From assembly GCA_907165135.1 (NCBI GenBank), contig OU015567.1, positions 12,338,001 to 12,402,000 on the forward strand: a stretch of 64,000 bases of DNA, in the 5' to 3' direction. The DNA comes from Oikopleura dioica. Its lineage: Eukaryota; Animalia; Chordata. The notes beneath the pieces are model-generated. The model was not told the origin of the DNA and did no database searches. It was given only the letters and a program-made list of their open reading frames with translations. Position numbers and translations under genes: made by a program. Shown piece by piece: positions 1 through 14,042 of this stretch (positions are counted from its first letter, which is position 1; every line of letters begins with the position of its first letter).

Positions 1-747
1 TGAATCAGAGAAGACAGATCGTCGAATTGTCGCGTGGAGGTTTGTCTGCGGATTTAATTGCCCTGCAATTTCGAGTGCCAGTAGAAGGGATTGATGATGT
101 CCTGGAGAAAAATGAAGAACTGCGGAGAAAGAGACCAAGGTAAGAGAAACACGATAGAATTTTTCTAGTATTTTATTCTGGCTCAGATCGTGTGAAGTAG
201 ATTTTGAGAGTTTTTAAGTCATTTTATAGTTCTTCCTGATGCCATCAGGCTGATGGAACTCGTATCGAACCTGTAGAAGTAGCTCACATTTGAAATAAAA
301 ATAATTTTTTTTCTCTTCTTGCTTTAGGTTTATATAGGCGTCTCTTATGGTCGAAGGAGCGTTAATCAATCTTCAGTCAACCGTTTTATTTTGAAATTTT
401 CCATGCACGATTTCATTCTTTGGTATATACCTAGGATATATCCTTGCAAACGAACCAAATTTACCATCAAGCCTTTCCGACTTTTCTAAATATCCTTCTA
501 ATACTCTCTGATTTTTAGCATCGAAGATGAAATTTGGATTAATCAGCGAGCAAACAGTTTGATGAAAGAAAGTCTATGGGGATTCAAAACTCCCGACGCT
601 TACAAAAGAGTCCGCGCTGGGAAGAAGCGGGTTATTCGCGACTACAAACAGAGAAAAGAGGCTTATCCTCCCCTACTTGAAAACCCAGACCCGAAAGTTG
701 AAAACTTTCATGTCTCTGTCATCGATTCTAAAAACTCCCCAGTTTAA
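1..747 (+). CDS. 3' part of an unidentified spliced gene (starts outside the window)
   Basis: Open exon IRRQIVELSRGGLSADLIALQFRVPVEGIDDVLEKNEELRRKRP ending at a GTAAG donor (140). Further GT-AG introns follow, then terminal ORF 559-747. First exon is loosely HTH-like; internal exon structure not resolved. Confidence 0.4.
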
Positions 748-780
748 AGGCATCAAAATTAACCAAAGGGTCATTTTAGA

Positions 781-1245
781 ATGAATATCTCGTCTTTATT
801 TCTTATCTTTCACGCGACGGTCACAGCTCAAGAAGCCGAAATCACCACAAAAGCAAGCCCAGTTGACTTGTCTAACTCGACAGAGGCAGAAGTTGAGCCA
901 GAGGTCGAAAACATGGCAAACCCAGCAACAGAAAGTCCAGATTTATCTCCTAAAAATGGAACGACTACAGATACGCCTCTTGTTCGTCCAATTACCAGGT
1001 ATCTATGGCCAATTATACGTAGATTCGTAAACGCATGATCAAATAGATAGTGCTCTTTGAATTATCCTAATCAATCAACATAGCTAAGATATGATATCTT
1101 CTTCAATTCTAGCGCACCCATTGAATCCGGCTTCGACTTCGGCAGCTTCATCGGTGGCGCCGTTCTAGCGTTTGGCGTCACGGCAACGGTCTATTTCGGC
1201 ATAAAATTCTACCGCGCGCATAATCCCGATTATCGTCATATTTAA
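781..1245 (+). CDS. CD164/porimin (TMEM123)-family sialomucin
   Basis: Signal-like N-terminus and S/T-rich exon 781-998; intron 999-1112; last exon GFDFGSFIGGAVLAFGVTATVYFGIKFYRAHNPDYRHI* matches the family FD..SFIGG TM motif and a C-terminal YxxPhi sorting signal. Confidence 0.8.
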
Positions 1246-1617
1246 AAGTCGCTCATAAAAATACGCAAATCGTACTCCAACTTTGTATCAATCCATATAT
1301 TTCAAGAATGAGCTTCTTTGCCGATTCCTACCGCTAGAAATCGGCAAAAAAGCGTCATTTTTACACACTTTTGTTCATAATTTATGATAGTCATTATTTT
1401 CCTTCTTCGTATAAAATCAAACCGTCTCGTGTTATACAGTCATTTTACTCACGCCTTTTTATTCTTCAACCTTCGAAGGACTTTTTATCATGACACACAC
1501 AAATACAGTTTACTCGTTCAATCTCTTTTGCAAAAACAAACTTTTAAACCGCCAAAATACGAAAAATAAAATCGCAACAAAAAAAAACAACCGTTTTTAA
1601 CTTGTGTTACTTGCAGA

Positions 1618-2338
1618 ATGATTGTTTTATTTTCGGGAAAGCGGAAATCGGGGAAGGATTTTGTTGCAGAAAAGCTTCAGGTTTGCTTTTTTCTAGGATA
1701 AGGGCTTATTTTAAACCCCCTTTCAAGGCTCTCAACCCTTTTTCTCGGCCAATGAGAATCATCAGACTTTCTGCACCTTTGAAAAAAGCATACGCATCAG
1801 AGCATCCTGGAGTTGACTATCAACAACTTCTGGTAAAAACCCTTATCTACCCTTAAATTTTTATCTTAGCTACTGTAGACTAGTGGGGAGTACAAGGAAA
1901 AGTACAGAGCAGATATGGTTCGCTGGGGTGAAGCAAAGCGAAATTCTGACCCGAATTATTTTGTGAAACTTTCTTTTGCTGACTTGGATGTTCATTTGTA
2001 AGTTTGTGTTTTTAACGATTTGAAGGTTTAACAAAGCGCGTAGAAAAAGCTCGTTGGTGGTTGTCTCCGATTGTAGGAGAAAAACGGACATTGAAAGCAT
2101 CAAGAAGCTGTTTGATGATCCAGGCTATCACAACCAACTGGCGATAGTTACAGTCAGAATCGAAGCCACCCGGGAGGCCCGAGAGTCACGCGGGTTCACC
2201 TTTACTGCTGGTATCGACGATTGCGAGACAGAATGTGGCCTGGACGATTACACCCACGATTTTATCTTCAAAAATGACTCCGGCGGCGATATTTTACCGT
2301 TGATCGATTTTCTCGACGCCCGACTCGAAGCACCATAA
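1618..2338 (+). CDS. PMVK: Animal-type phosphomevalonate kinase
   Basis: Four exons: MIVLFSGKRKSGKDFVAEKLQ / IIRLSAPLKKAYA / YKEKYRADMVRWGEAKRNSDP / VVVSDCRRKTD...DDCETECGLDDY. All introns GT-AG. Confidence 0.95.
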
Positions 2339-2798
2339 TGCCCCTTTACGCTGGAATTTCCGTACTTTTTCCAAACGGTTGTTCTTTAGCTTTGCGCAGT
2401 GGCAGTATCGTAAACGATGAGGTTTATCCGAGTTGCGATTATTGCTAATTGAAAACTATACCCAATACCCCGCCATGCGGACGTGAAATACCGTCCACAT
2501 AGGCAATTTCTGAAGGAGGCTACGGTCTCCTCGTCTTATCGAAACTCTAAAACCCTGACTTCTAACTGGCTATAATCGTCGATCATTTGCCACTAGAAAA
2601 TCCCGGGAAATCCACCAAGTCATCAATAATTAATTTACTTTTGTCTAGATTGCTTGATTTCGCCCTTTTTTCAGGCCTTCGAGCCAACATTTATCTCTGG
2701 CCTACCTTTCCTCCTAAAATACCTCAGAAAACGCATCTTCTTATTTTGATAATCCCCCATTTGGCCATTTAGAATGTAAAAACCATGAATCGGTGTCG

Positions 2799-5700
2799 AT
2801 GAGCATGAAAGAAAACCGAAAAACAACGAGCAATTGGGTCAAGAGAAACTTGAGGCGCTTGATTCGTCGAAACTACGTAAGATGGGCTACGGTTATCGCC
2901 AAGTATCCCTTCTGCCTCATTTTCATCAGCGTCGTTTTCACCTTGATATGTAAGCCAGGCCCGTTTTCTATCCATTCTCAAATTGTTCTAGGCTGTCTTT
3001 CTTTTACTTAAAAACTCCTTATTCGATCCACTCACTCCCATCGGAGAACTTCTCGGAGAACAAGCCAGAAGGATACATCCTCCAGTTTGAATTTGAAAAC
3101 AAGCATCCTACGAGAAAACTCATCGAAGAAACAACGAAAATTATCCGGAATCATGAATATTTGTCGAACAACTGTGTTCACGGAGAATCGCTAAAGTCGG
3201 GAATTCCACCAGAGCTGTCAAAAGTGATCCCGAATCATTCCTGTCTCATCTTTTCGCCGGCGAATCTTCCTGATTCTGATCACGAATTTCCGCGAAATAT
3301 TGAACAGTTATTCAAGGGAAAGTTCTAATTCTACAAATAACGATGCCAGTTTACCTTCTTTACAGGGGTGATTTTATAATGAGAGCCCTCTGTGTTGATG
3401 GCACATCTGTTAGATGGAACCATTCAAGTAGCGTCACAAAAAGGCAGCGCGCATTTTATGGGGGTCCAAGTGGAAACACTATCCACCCGTTGTTACCGTG
3501 GTTTTGCGACATGACATTGATCCACAAGCACCTTGGCTTCTCACTTTGGCAAGGGATCTATTTCCAGCGAGCGCTAGCGAAAACGTGTCAACCCAAGGTC
3601 AGTGCCCCTGCCAATTATTCTATCAAAGAATTTATTTTCGTATGCAGATCCGGGACCGAACCATTGATCAACATAAATTTCCATTTTGGGTATCCCGCGA
3701 CGATTGATTGGTTGGTTTATCTCTCAGCGGGCATCTTACTGTACGTTTATTATTACGTTACGGTCAGAAAGATGAATTTTCTCGAATCCAGGAAGGTTTT
3801 TGAGCAATTTTTACGCTCAATAGCAATTTTTTCTTTTAAAACCGGGCCAAGTATTATCACCAGTGCTGCTGTCTGTGGAACACTGATAATGTCTCTAATG
3901 GTCGCTTTAGGATCTTGCCTCGGTAAAAACTATTTCTTTGGTAAACGAGCTTACTCCTTTCTAGCGCTGGATCTGGACATTTATGTCGAGTCCGGACCGT
4001 TCGAGCGCGGAATCGGCTGGATTTTCATCTACTACACTTTTACGTTTATTGCGTTTGAATCTGTACTGATGCTGACGAAGTGTATCATAGAAACGCCTGT
4101 CGAAGGAAGCAGTTTTTTATATCTTATGTAATGTTCATTCTCGGCCAGGGAAGGGAAAGCTTGGGGATCAAAGAATATGATCAATCTGCGCTTACTAGAG
4201 CCCTGGCTGAGCTCCAAAATTGTTTACGAAACTCGCTTTGAAGAGGGGCCAACTGAGCGGATCGCGCACGGATTGCTCCGCGGCGGGTGCCACCTCTCGA
4301 AGTTCTTCTTCGCTCAATTAGCGCTGACCATGATTGGCTCGATCTCCGAATACTCTCGCAGGAATACAGTTCAACGCAGTAGTGCTCGGACAGTTTCACT
4401 TTTAACTCGTTTGGGGGTTTAATTAGTAAGTCGCCGCGTTGGATGGCGGCCAATCAAAGAGTGATTAAAAATTGGGAGAAGAAAAAATCGACAAAATACT
4501 TCCGCGATTAGTCGATTTTTTCTAGCAAAAAGTCGAGTTTCAGGCGATTATTCCAAGGCCGGGACGAGTGCAATACAGATGCTTCGATATTCGTCTGTAC
4601 AGACACTCTGACGAGACCTAGAATTCTCACCGATCAAATTTCCCTCTCTCTTTCTCAGTCGGATGTTTTCAGAATTTCTACAAGTCGGGACCAGTGCAAT
4701 ATTAATTCAGAAAAGTAAAACAAATGCACAAAATCGCGACTGGTAGACTTTCGTAATTAGCTTTTTAATTTGTCTTCTTCTCTCTATTTTTTTCGAAATG
4801 CTCTTTCTCTCTTTGTCCCTATTTTTCTCTCTGAGTGGTCGAGCTAAATAGGCCGCGCGGGATAAACGAGACTCCGCCCGGGGGGAGCGCGCGCGTGAAC
4901 TCTCGCTCTCCCGCCCTCCAGTGGTATTTCTCGGTCAGCTGCCCCCGCCCAGCAAGTCACGGATTTATCACCAATGATTTCGAGCTACTTGGATATTTCT
5001 CAGCCTTTTTGGAGTGAGGAAATCATCTGTTCCACTTGATCTCTTTGTCCTTAGATTATTAAAAGAAGTTAGTATTGAATGACTCGTATTTCGTTTCCTG
5101 TCTGCGAGACAGCGCTTTGAAGTTTTTATTACTATTTTTCGAGTTATAAACGGTGCTTCCCGTCGCCGGGAGCGGCGAGGAATAGAGCTACCGGGAGAAA
5201 TTGATTTCGCCCCTGGCCTCAGGTGATTGGATGCTCTTTTGGCCAGCACAAGCCGTGATTGGTTCAAACGAGTTTCTCATCTCTCTTTATTCTGTCGTTG
5301 AGGACAAAGGGAAAGTCATCCACTTGACCTGAGTGGGATTCATTAGCTTTATGACTCACTGTATTCAAAGTTTGAAGAGCTGGTAAACGGCTAAATAATT
5401 TTCTTATGGGCCAAGGGAGAAAAAGGTTGAAAATGTTGAATTGTTACCAGTTTCTCCATCTTTGCTCTGATTATGGTTCTCTCGCACTCTGCTCTTCTTC
5501 ATGAATGGCTTGTAAACTTGTTTATTTGTGACAAGAATAGTTCGTTTTTGACCTTCATAAAGGATTTACGAGCCATTGATAGTCTTTCTTCGCCCCTATT
5601 CTCTTTCTCGAGCTCAAGCAACTTGAGCGATCAGGTAAAGAAAAAAAAACTCTTGAAGCATTACGCAAACTTTTTAGAACCAAAATGGATTCACAAAAGA

Positions 5701-7911
5701 TCTGGAGCCGCAATAAGATTGCGTCGTTATTGGAATTCCAGGAATTCTGGAAAGTTCGGGGAGGACACTCTCGAAGGAAAGGGCATATTCTAGAGTTTTT
5801 TCTCTTTTTGATAATAGCCAGGAATCTTGAATCAATCAAAAATTTTGACATTGGCCGTTTGATTGAGATAAAAATACGTCTGTCTGAGACCATCAAAATA
5901 AGTTCACGATGTGCCGAGTCTCCGAGTCTCACCGCTTTATGATTTGTAAGCTCTTTTCGTAAATTTATATACCAATCACTTTTTACGAGCGTACAAGAAA
6001 TTTGTTTGTCAGAACTTTTTCACGCCCTCAATGTAGATGTGACCCCGTTGGTCGACCTTGGGGAGAATCATATTGACCCGATTGAGGGGATGTTCCAGCC
6101 ACTGAGGATCAAGTTGTTAAAAACATGGGCCCACAAGGCAATTCTGCAGAAAATTGCGATGATTGTCTTTATAACTTGGATTGGTTATCGAGTTTTTATG
6201 GTCGATCCAAGTGAAATAAACAACGACTACGATGACAATGACCTGAGTTTGCTACACTGCCGTGGGCGTATGCTTTCCAACTCTATTCAAGAGATATTCG
6301 CGGAAAGCATCTATCCTTCCTTCCTCGAATTCGTGTTCCTTTCGATCCCAGTGGCTCCCGTCCGATCCCAATCTATCAGAAAACGAAGGATTCTCCTCGC
6401 TTGACCCAGTTTGTCTCCTGGAAACTTGCTTCGCTGATTATCGCCTTTGCAGCAGCTATTTATAAGCTTTATAAGGTGAGAAATAAAACAAATAATTCCC
6501 GTGTCATGGGAGTGACCCTGTTATTGTAACACCTGGATTGGAATTAACAAATTTTTTCTGTGAAATGATTATGACCTGATTTCAGTAGTTATTTTTAGGC
6601 GTACGAGAGGAAGATCGAAATCAACAAGTCATTTGTGGAGTATTTTGATTCCCGGAAGTCCTCGAAATCGCTCTATGAAGATGTCGCGCTGGAAAAACAT
6701 TTGGAGTTGGAATTCACCATCGATCATGTTACACAAGATGAAGAAACTGGGAACCTGCTTTTAGTTGACTCTTCCGGATCTTTGACGATTTTTGATGCTT
6801 CAAGTAACAAAATTGTCGCTCAGAAGCTGTCTCAGATTTCTTCTTATCGCGCTTCCACGACATCAGATTCGAGACATCATTTTACCGAGGACGATAATCC
6901 ATTGATATCTGACGATGAGACTGTTTGGTCTATCGGACTTCATCAAAACAACATCATTCTTGGCTTATCTTCTGGGAACGTGAAGTTTTTGCAGGTTTCA
7001 AAAGCAGAAATGCTTCTCAAGTCGACTTATCTACTCGACGAATCTGGCGTTTCATTCATAATTACGCGTGACGAGGAAAGTGCTTTCATCGCGCTTACGA
7101 TTGAAGGAACCGTACGAAAATTCTCCACTTGTCAATTTTCCGCTCACGAGGTGCAACACAGCACGCCTGGCGTCACAGTTGTCCGCACCATGTGCGAACG
7201 TATCGTTTCTGGCTCATTAGACGGCTCTGTGACTGTTCTGAACAAGGACTGCAGGACTGATCATGTCTGCAAAGGTCACAATTATCCAATCACTGCCCTG
7301 AATCTCTTCAAAAATGGAAAATCTTCAAGCGACATCACTGCCATGTCGGCGGATCAGTCTGGTCAGGTCCGAATTTGGACCTTGTTGTCGGGCCGTTGCC
7401 AATTTGTGCTTGGCAATTACTCTGGCATGATTTCAAATGTCTGGCCTTGCAGGTACGTTATCAGCTCAGTACTTCAGTACCTAACTTTACCACCAGGGAT
7501 ATCCTGATCGGAATAACACAATCAGGGCGGGTCCTAATTTGGACTCACCGCAGCGGCCACTTCAAGCAATCTTTCAAACTTGGAGAGTCTTCAAATGGCG
7601 GTGCCATTGTTCTCAATGAAAACTTACTGATTGCTGCATTCGACCAGCAAATAGGATTTATTGACCTTGATCTGAAGAACAAAAGAAGATCAATCTCGCT
7701 GCGAAATTCAGTATCAGAGAGAACAAGTTCAAAATAAGGTAACAACGAAAATGAAACGAAAAAATTCCTCTATTTTTAGGTCGACGGCTATGACTCCCTC
7801 AAAGCTGTTCTTCAGCCAGACAGGAGACAGAAAAACACTATTCTTCTCACATGGTCGAACTCTAAAAGCCTTCTCTTGCCGCCTCACGTTGACTGTACAA
7901 ATATCTCGTAA
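2799..7911 (+). CDS. SCAP: SREBP cleavage-activating protein (sterol-sensing domain + WD40 repeats)
   Basis: TM1 (ATVIAKYPFCLIFISV). SSD segments YVTVRKMNFLES, FESVLMLTKCIIETPV, RIAHGLLRGG...QLALTMIG align with recalled human SCAP. TM7 WAHKAILQKIAMIVFITWIG..DP; loop WAYAFQLY..LSFLPRI; WD40 exons 6635-7737. The 4362-~5960 junction and the last exon (stop at 7737 or 7911) are not fully resolved. Confidence 0.85.
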
Positions 7912-8002
7912 AATACTACTCACTGTTACTACTTTTCGTTCCACAAGTTCTAACACAGATAATCACTTGTTGTATAAAAGCTAATTAAATTTTTCTAAAG
8001 AG

Positions 8003-8726
8003 ATGGTACGACTTTATGGAATCGTGATCGCGAAGAAAAACGGCGACAAAGTTCAAAAATTGTGCGAAGAAATTGACGTCAGTACTTTTGGCTTCTTCCA
8101 AAGAAATTCTGTTGGAGAGTTTATCAGATTCACCCATTCTATTGTTCTCGGTAACGGCCTTTTCTCCATCCTTACCTTTAATAATTTCTTTAGAAAGGAC
8201 CCCTAAATGACAGAAAGTCAGTCAAACAAGATGCATACATGGCCCATTCTTACGTCGGTCCTGATGGTCTTTCCGCCTGTTGCATCGCTGATGAAGAGTA
8301 CCCAAAAAGACCGGCTTTTGTCATGCTTGGCAAGGTAGTAGGTAAATTAGCCCTCATTTGTTTCTTTTTATAACGGCATTCTTTCTCGAACAGAGGACTT
8401 CGCCGCAGCGCATCCAAATTGGAGCAGCATCAATTCAGTCGAGTTCGGATTGAAGGACATTCTTACAAGATGGCAAGATCCTAAATCCGCTGATTCCATC
8501 ATGAAAGTGCAGAACGAGCTCGATGAGACAAAGCAAATCGTCTCCGAAACGCTCGAAAAGATTCTCGATCGTGGCCAGAAGCTTGACGATCTTGTCAGGT
8601 AATAATCAACTATAGGTATCATTTATAAAAAATTATTTTAGCCGCAGTAACGAACTCTCAGAGCAGTCAAAAGCATTCTACAAAACCGCCAAGAAGACCA
8701 ACTCATGGTGCTGCTCAATCATGTGA
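8003..8726 (+). CDS. YKT6: R-SNARE YKT6
   Basis: Longin domain (STFGFFQRNSVGEFIRF), SNARE helix ADSIMKVQNELDETK...LDRGQKLDDLV, C-terminal CCSIM prenylation motif; three GT-AG introns. Confidence 0.97.
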
Positions 8727-8812
8727 TCTTTCTTCTTTCAATATAATTTCAACCTATTTTCCTTTTTTTTTCTTCAGGTTCAAAGTTTGTTCCATTCTGT
8801 TCCTCTTTCCTA

Positions 8813-9723
8813 GGTTCAACAAAATCGCCCGAAACCAAGATCGGGTTTTATCGGGTTTTTAGGAGGTCGGGTTTTGTTGGATCGGGTTTTGTTGGATTTT
8901 ATCGGGTTTTTGTCGGGTCCGAAATCGGGTTTTTATCGGGTTTTTGTCGGATTTTGTCGGGTTTCCTACAAGCAAAAATTAAAAATCAAGTCAAAAGAAG
9001 GTCAATAACTTATCTTGAGCAGATTTTTTCAACAATTTTCGAGGATCATTAATAATATTATTTAGAATGTGCATTTTCCCATTGTGCATCTCCTTATACA
9101 ATAAAAACGCCTCGTCTAAAACCGTATTATTAGTAATACGGTAGAATATAGAATAAATAATCCAAACCCTATTTATGTGTTTAGAAAGCTTGGACCTTGC
9201 TGAGTTACAGTTTAGGGGGTTAGGCCTTGCCGAGGTCACATGGCTTTAAATAACCCATGGGGTTGAAAATAGTGGGAGTTAACCTAAAAGACTGTTCTGC
9301 TAAGGCCTTCAAGCTCAGGCGTTCTCTGAAATTCTGCCCTCGAAATGGATCGCTGATTGCCAGGGACCTCGCTGAATTTCATTCTCTCAATCGCCAGAAG
9401 ATTATCTTTGGTAAGATTAATGTAAATGTCCTCTAGAGCTCGTTCTATGCCTTTCCCCGGTTTTGGAGGCAGTTCTCATCTATTTCGAGTGCTTTTAGAG
9501 TAAAAAAGGGCAAGGGAGGCTATTTAGACGGACTGTGATTGGCTGAAAAGGCAAGAAAAACCCGACGAAATTCCGACAAAATCCGACAAAAACCCGATCC
9601 TACGTCGGGTTTTTGAAATTTTCAGGATCGGGTTTTGTAGGGTGAAAAAAAACCCGACAAAACCCGATAAATATCCGATCCGATATCGGGTTTTCCGGGC
9701 ATCGGATTTCGATTTGTTGAACC
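8813..9723. mobile_element. Non-autonomous DNA transposon (MITE), TA TSD, Tc1/mariner-type ends
   Basis: TIR GGTTCAACAAA(A)TCG at 8813 and inverted at 9710-9723, TA on both flanks, subterminal arrays of (A/G)TCGGGTTTT and its reverse complement. 911 bp, no transposase. Confidence 0.85.
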
Positions 9724-10076
9724 TAGCCTCTTTCCAACTCATTATTGAAACAACATCAACAACCATATCAACATATCGAGAATCTTTCCACTCCTTTTTC
9801 CACCATTCATTGGTCCACAAACTTTAATATTCATATAAAAATGCATATATATCAATTGTGAAACATACCACACTTTCGCTTTTATAACAACTCTACTTGT
9901 CCTGTTTTTTTTGACAAAAAGCTACAGTAACTCCTTGTGTCATATATTCAAGTCAACATATGCCGGTATTTTTTCTGCTACTCCTCTATTTTTCAAATTG
10001 TTAGTTTACTACTACTGATACAAATACAGCTCTGGAATTATATGCATTCACGTCTTGACCGTTTTATTCTCTAAGA

Positions 10077-11238
<1,162 letters not shown>

Positions 11239-11344
11239 CAATCTCTTCTTACTGTTTAACTACAGCAATACCGCCTGTTCCAGAATGTCACTCAATATAA
11301 AATCTTGAATTTATATCAGCGATGTTTTCTCTTCAGAAGGTTGT

Positions 11345-11951
11345 ATGCCAAGATCTCGGAGAGATCGAGAACGCCTTGACGAGCAAGATTCGTATTCGTT
11401 CGACCCTTTCGAGTCTTCCGGAAGTTCTGCCCCGAATGGTGTGCAGCTTAACCCTGATGGAACTCCATGTCGTGCTTGTAGTTCAGTTCAAGATGTGAAA
11501 GCACGGCTTGGAGATGCTTTTGGGGTTGGTGATTCCAGCGTCAGAAATGACTGCGCCCCAGATGTCAATCAAATTGGAAATGCTGGCTGGGTAAGTTTTG
11601 AAAACTTAGCTTTCTACCAATTTTACCTTCCAAATATTTTTTCAGACAATTCTCCACACAATGGCAGCATATTATCCTGATAAACCATCACCTGAGAAGA
11701 AAGCCGCTGTTTTAAACTTCTACGATTCTTTCTCAAAGCTCTATCCTTGCTCTCATTGCGCAGAAGACCTTCGCCAGGACCTCAAAGAATTCAAAGTCAG
11801 GAACGAATCTCGTGCGAGTTTGAGTATTTGGACCTGCGAAATGCATAATCGAGTGAATGAGAAGCTGGGAAAGGAGACTTACAAGTGTGATCTTGATTGG
11901 CTTGATCAGAGATGGCGAGATGGCTGGAAAGACGGCTCATGTGATTTATAA
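11345..11951 (+). CDS. GFER: Erv1/ALR FAD-linked sulfhydryl oxidase
   Basis: CRAC motif, GNAGW/TILHTMAAYYP, YPCSHCAEDL (CxxC), CEMHNRVNEKLGK, RWRDGWKDGSCD; one intron. Confidence 0.96.
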
Positions 11952-12026
11952 ATGGCTACTGCAAAAATGATTTTCTAATTTTAATAGATATCTTACGATA
12001 GATTTTTGACAATGCTTTCTTTAGAA

Positions 12027-12619
12027 ATGCTCGCGCTTAGAAGTACCCGAACCCTTACCACTCGGCTCGCCACGCCAGGTAATGATCAGGCTTCAATTAT
12101 GTTATCCTAAATCTATTCTAGTGCTGAGCCGAAAGCTTTCTGCGAAGGCCGAGATCCCCGAGACCAACATGTTTTGGCTCCGCCACCAGATCAAAGCCAA
12201 GGATGGTTTCCACAAGCACGTCAACTTTGTGAGTCTTTATATTTTGATTGCAGCCATTAGAATGGATTTTAGGAGCGAATCGTCGCCATGGTCGCTCTTG
12301 GCTCCATGGGCGCTGCTGTCATCTCCCCTGGCAACTTCCTTGTCGACCAGACATTGGCTCTCACCTGGATCGCCCACTCCTACTGGGGCGTTGAAGCTAT
12401 GATCATGGATTACATTCCCCTTCTTCTCCCTGTTTTCTTCGCCAACGTAAGCCGCTTTCTTTTGCGAATGTGCCTAGTCTCCAAATAAAATTTTAGGTCG
12501 CCAAATGGCTTTGGGTTGGATTCTGCCTCATCATGGCTGTTGCCTTCACCAACTTGAACCTCAAGGTTGGCGAGAAGCAGGGCTGTGGCCACATCATCCG
12601 GGAATTCTTCCTTATGTAA
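12027..12619 (+). CDS. SDHD: Succinate dehydrogenase cytochrome b small subunit
   Basis: Four exons with a mitochondrial transit-like N-terminus; ERIVAMVALG, HSYWGVEAMIMDY (heme His and DY motif). Confidence 0.9.
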
Positions 12620-12750
12620 AAAGCGCTCTTTTTATAAAGAATAGCACCTTTCTGTCCTGTTTCGCTATTGAGAACACTATTTATTAAGACTATGAGCGCA
12701 TAAGATCCTACAAGTTCAAGACCTCCTGTTAGATCATTTCTTCGTTAAGA

Positions 12751-14042
12751 ATGAGTGACTTCGACGATTCCTACGAGTCTTCCATCTTCTCTGATGCTTC
12801 AAGCTCGTCCATCGATGACATGATCTTTTCTGATGAGCCGCCAAGTGATGATTCGTTGGACGATTCCGTTGGAGATCTTGAGGAGAGTCGTCTCGAAGAA
12901 GATTCGGAGAAACGTAATTGGACTTTATTTTCTACCTTTTAAGTTGATTTTAGAAGAAGATGAGAATTCCAACTCAATCTCGCTTCCAAAACCAGTGCCG
13001 GAGATTCCGATGACTGGATATCTTGATGAATCGATCCATGACCCTAGCTCGGAAGATATAATTGACAGTCAACGAAGTAGGGTTAATAAGTATTTCCAAA
13101 TCAAAAGCCTTCTCTTTCAGAGCTGGAGAATAAGTATGAAATCCTCGACTTTTCTCTCTCGGGCCTCGAGGTTTCTGATGAACGAAAGAAGTATTACGAG
13201 AAGGAAGAAAATGAAATGAGTTTTGTCGCAGGCAAGAAAGAGTACGAGCCTCCGCTTCTTTCTCTCGCTAACCTCGATATGGACAGCTATAGGAAATGCG
13301 CTGATGTGTTGAGGCCCCATCCACATCTTAGGAGAGGTAATCTCTTGATAGATTTTACCCATATAGAGTTTTTCTAGCGTTTCTCGAACCAAGAATGGTC
13401 CAAAGTCAAAAGGTCAGCATCAAAGTCGATCCTCCTTTGACTCCGCTGAAGTCAATTCTTCGATCACGAACTGGATCGGACAATATGGAAGATCATATCG
13501 AGTATATAAAGCGTCGATCAGAGCTACGATCAGGTTCCAAACCGAACAAAACTGAAGAAAACATTAGGAGGATGGAGCAAGACTTGACTGCTGAAAGACC
13601 AGAGCATACCGAGTACAGAAGTGCTCAAAGTGTAAAGGAAGAATACATCGCGCGAGCAGAATCAAAAGAGGAAAATTCATCAAAACCTCGATTCAGCCCG
13701 AGAGACCGGATTTATGACAGTCTCTCTGAGTCAACCAAAGCGCGATTGGAAAAGCTAAAGCAAGAACGAAAGAAAAAGAATGCAGAAATAAACGGAAATG
13801 ATGCTGCTCCATCTCCACCAAAGCCAAAGTTCAACTACGCCAAGCTGGAGATGATCAAAAACCGCTTCGAAGGTAATTCTTCTAAAAATCGCATTTTTAC
13901 AGCATTTTCAAGAGCAACAAAAGAAGAAAGCGGGAAATTCATTCGAAATGACAATGATGCAAGAAGAGCGGGAAGAGCAAAAGCGTCGCCACCGCGAAAC
14001 CCTCAAGAAATTCGAGCGAATGTCGACCTAAATCCCAGATAG
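12751..14042 (+). CDS. Unidentified protein with D/E/S-rich N-terminus and charged C-terminus
   Basis: ATG after a TTAAG acceptor; chain of exon-like ORFs (12751-12915, 12943-13080, 13120-13338, 13380-14042) with GT-AG boundaries. No family recognised. Confidence 0.55.

Noticed and set aside
1-139. Paired-box or Tc1 HTH assignment for the first exon
   Set aside because: Only loose helix-turn-helix similarity; downstream exons do not fit either family.
4140-4243. Apparent second copy of an SSD segment (LEPWLSSKIVYETRF) as a mutually exclusive exon
   Set aside because: A single GA-AG intron 4106-4243 restores exact spacing to human SCAP, so the segment is intronic.
8828-9710. TCGGGTTTT arrays as CRISPR or telomeric repeats
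   Set aside because: No unique regular spacers, and they are arranged as inverted subterminal arrays between TIRs with a TA TSD.
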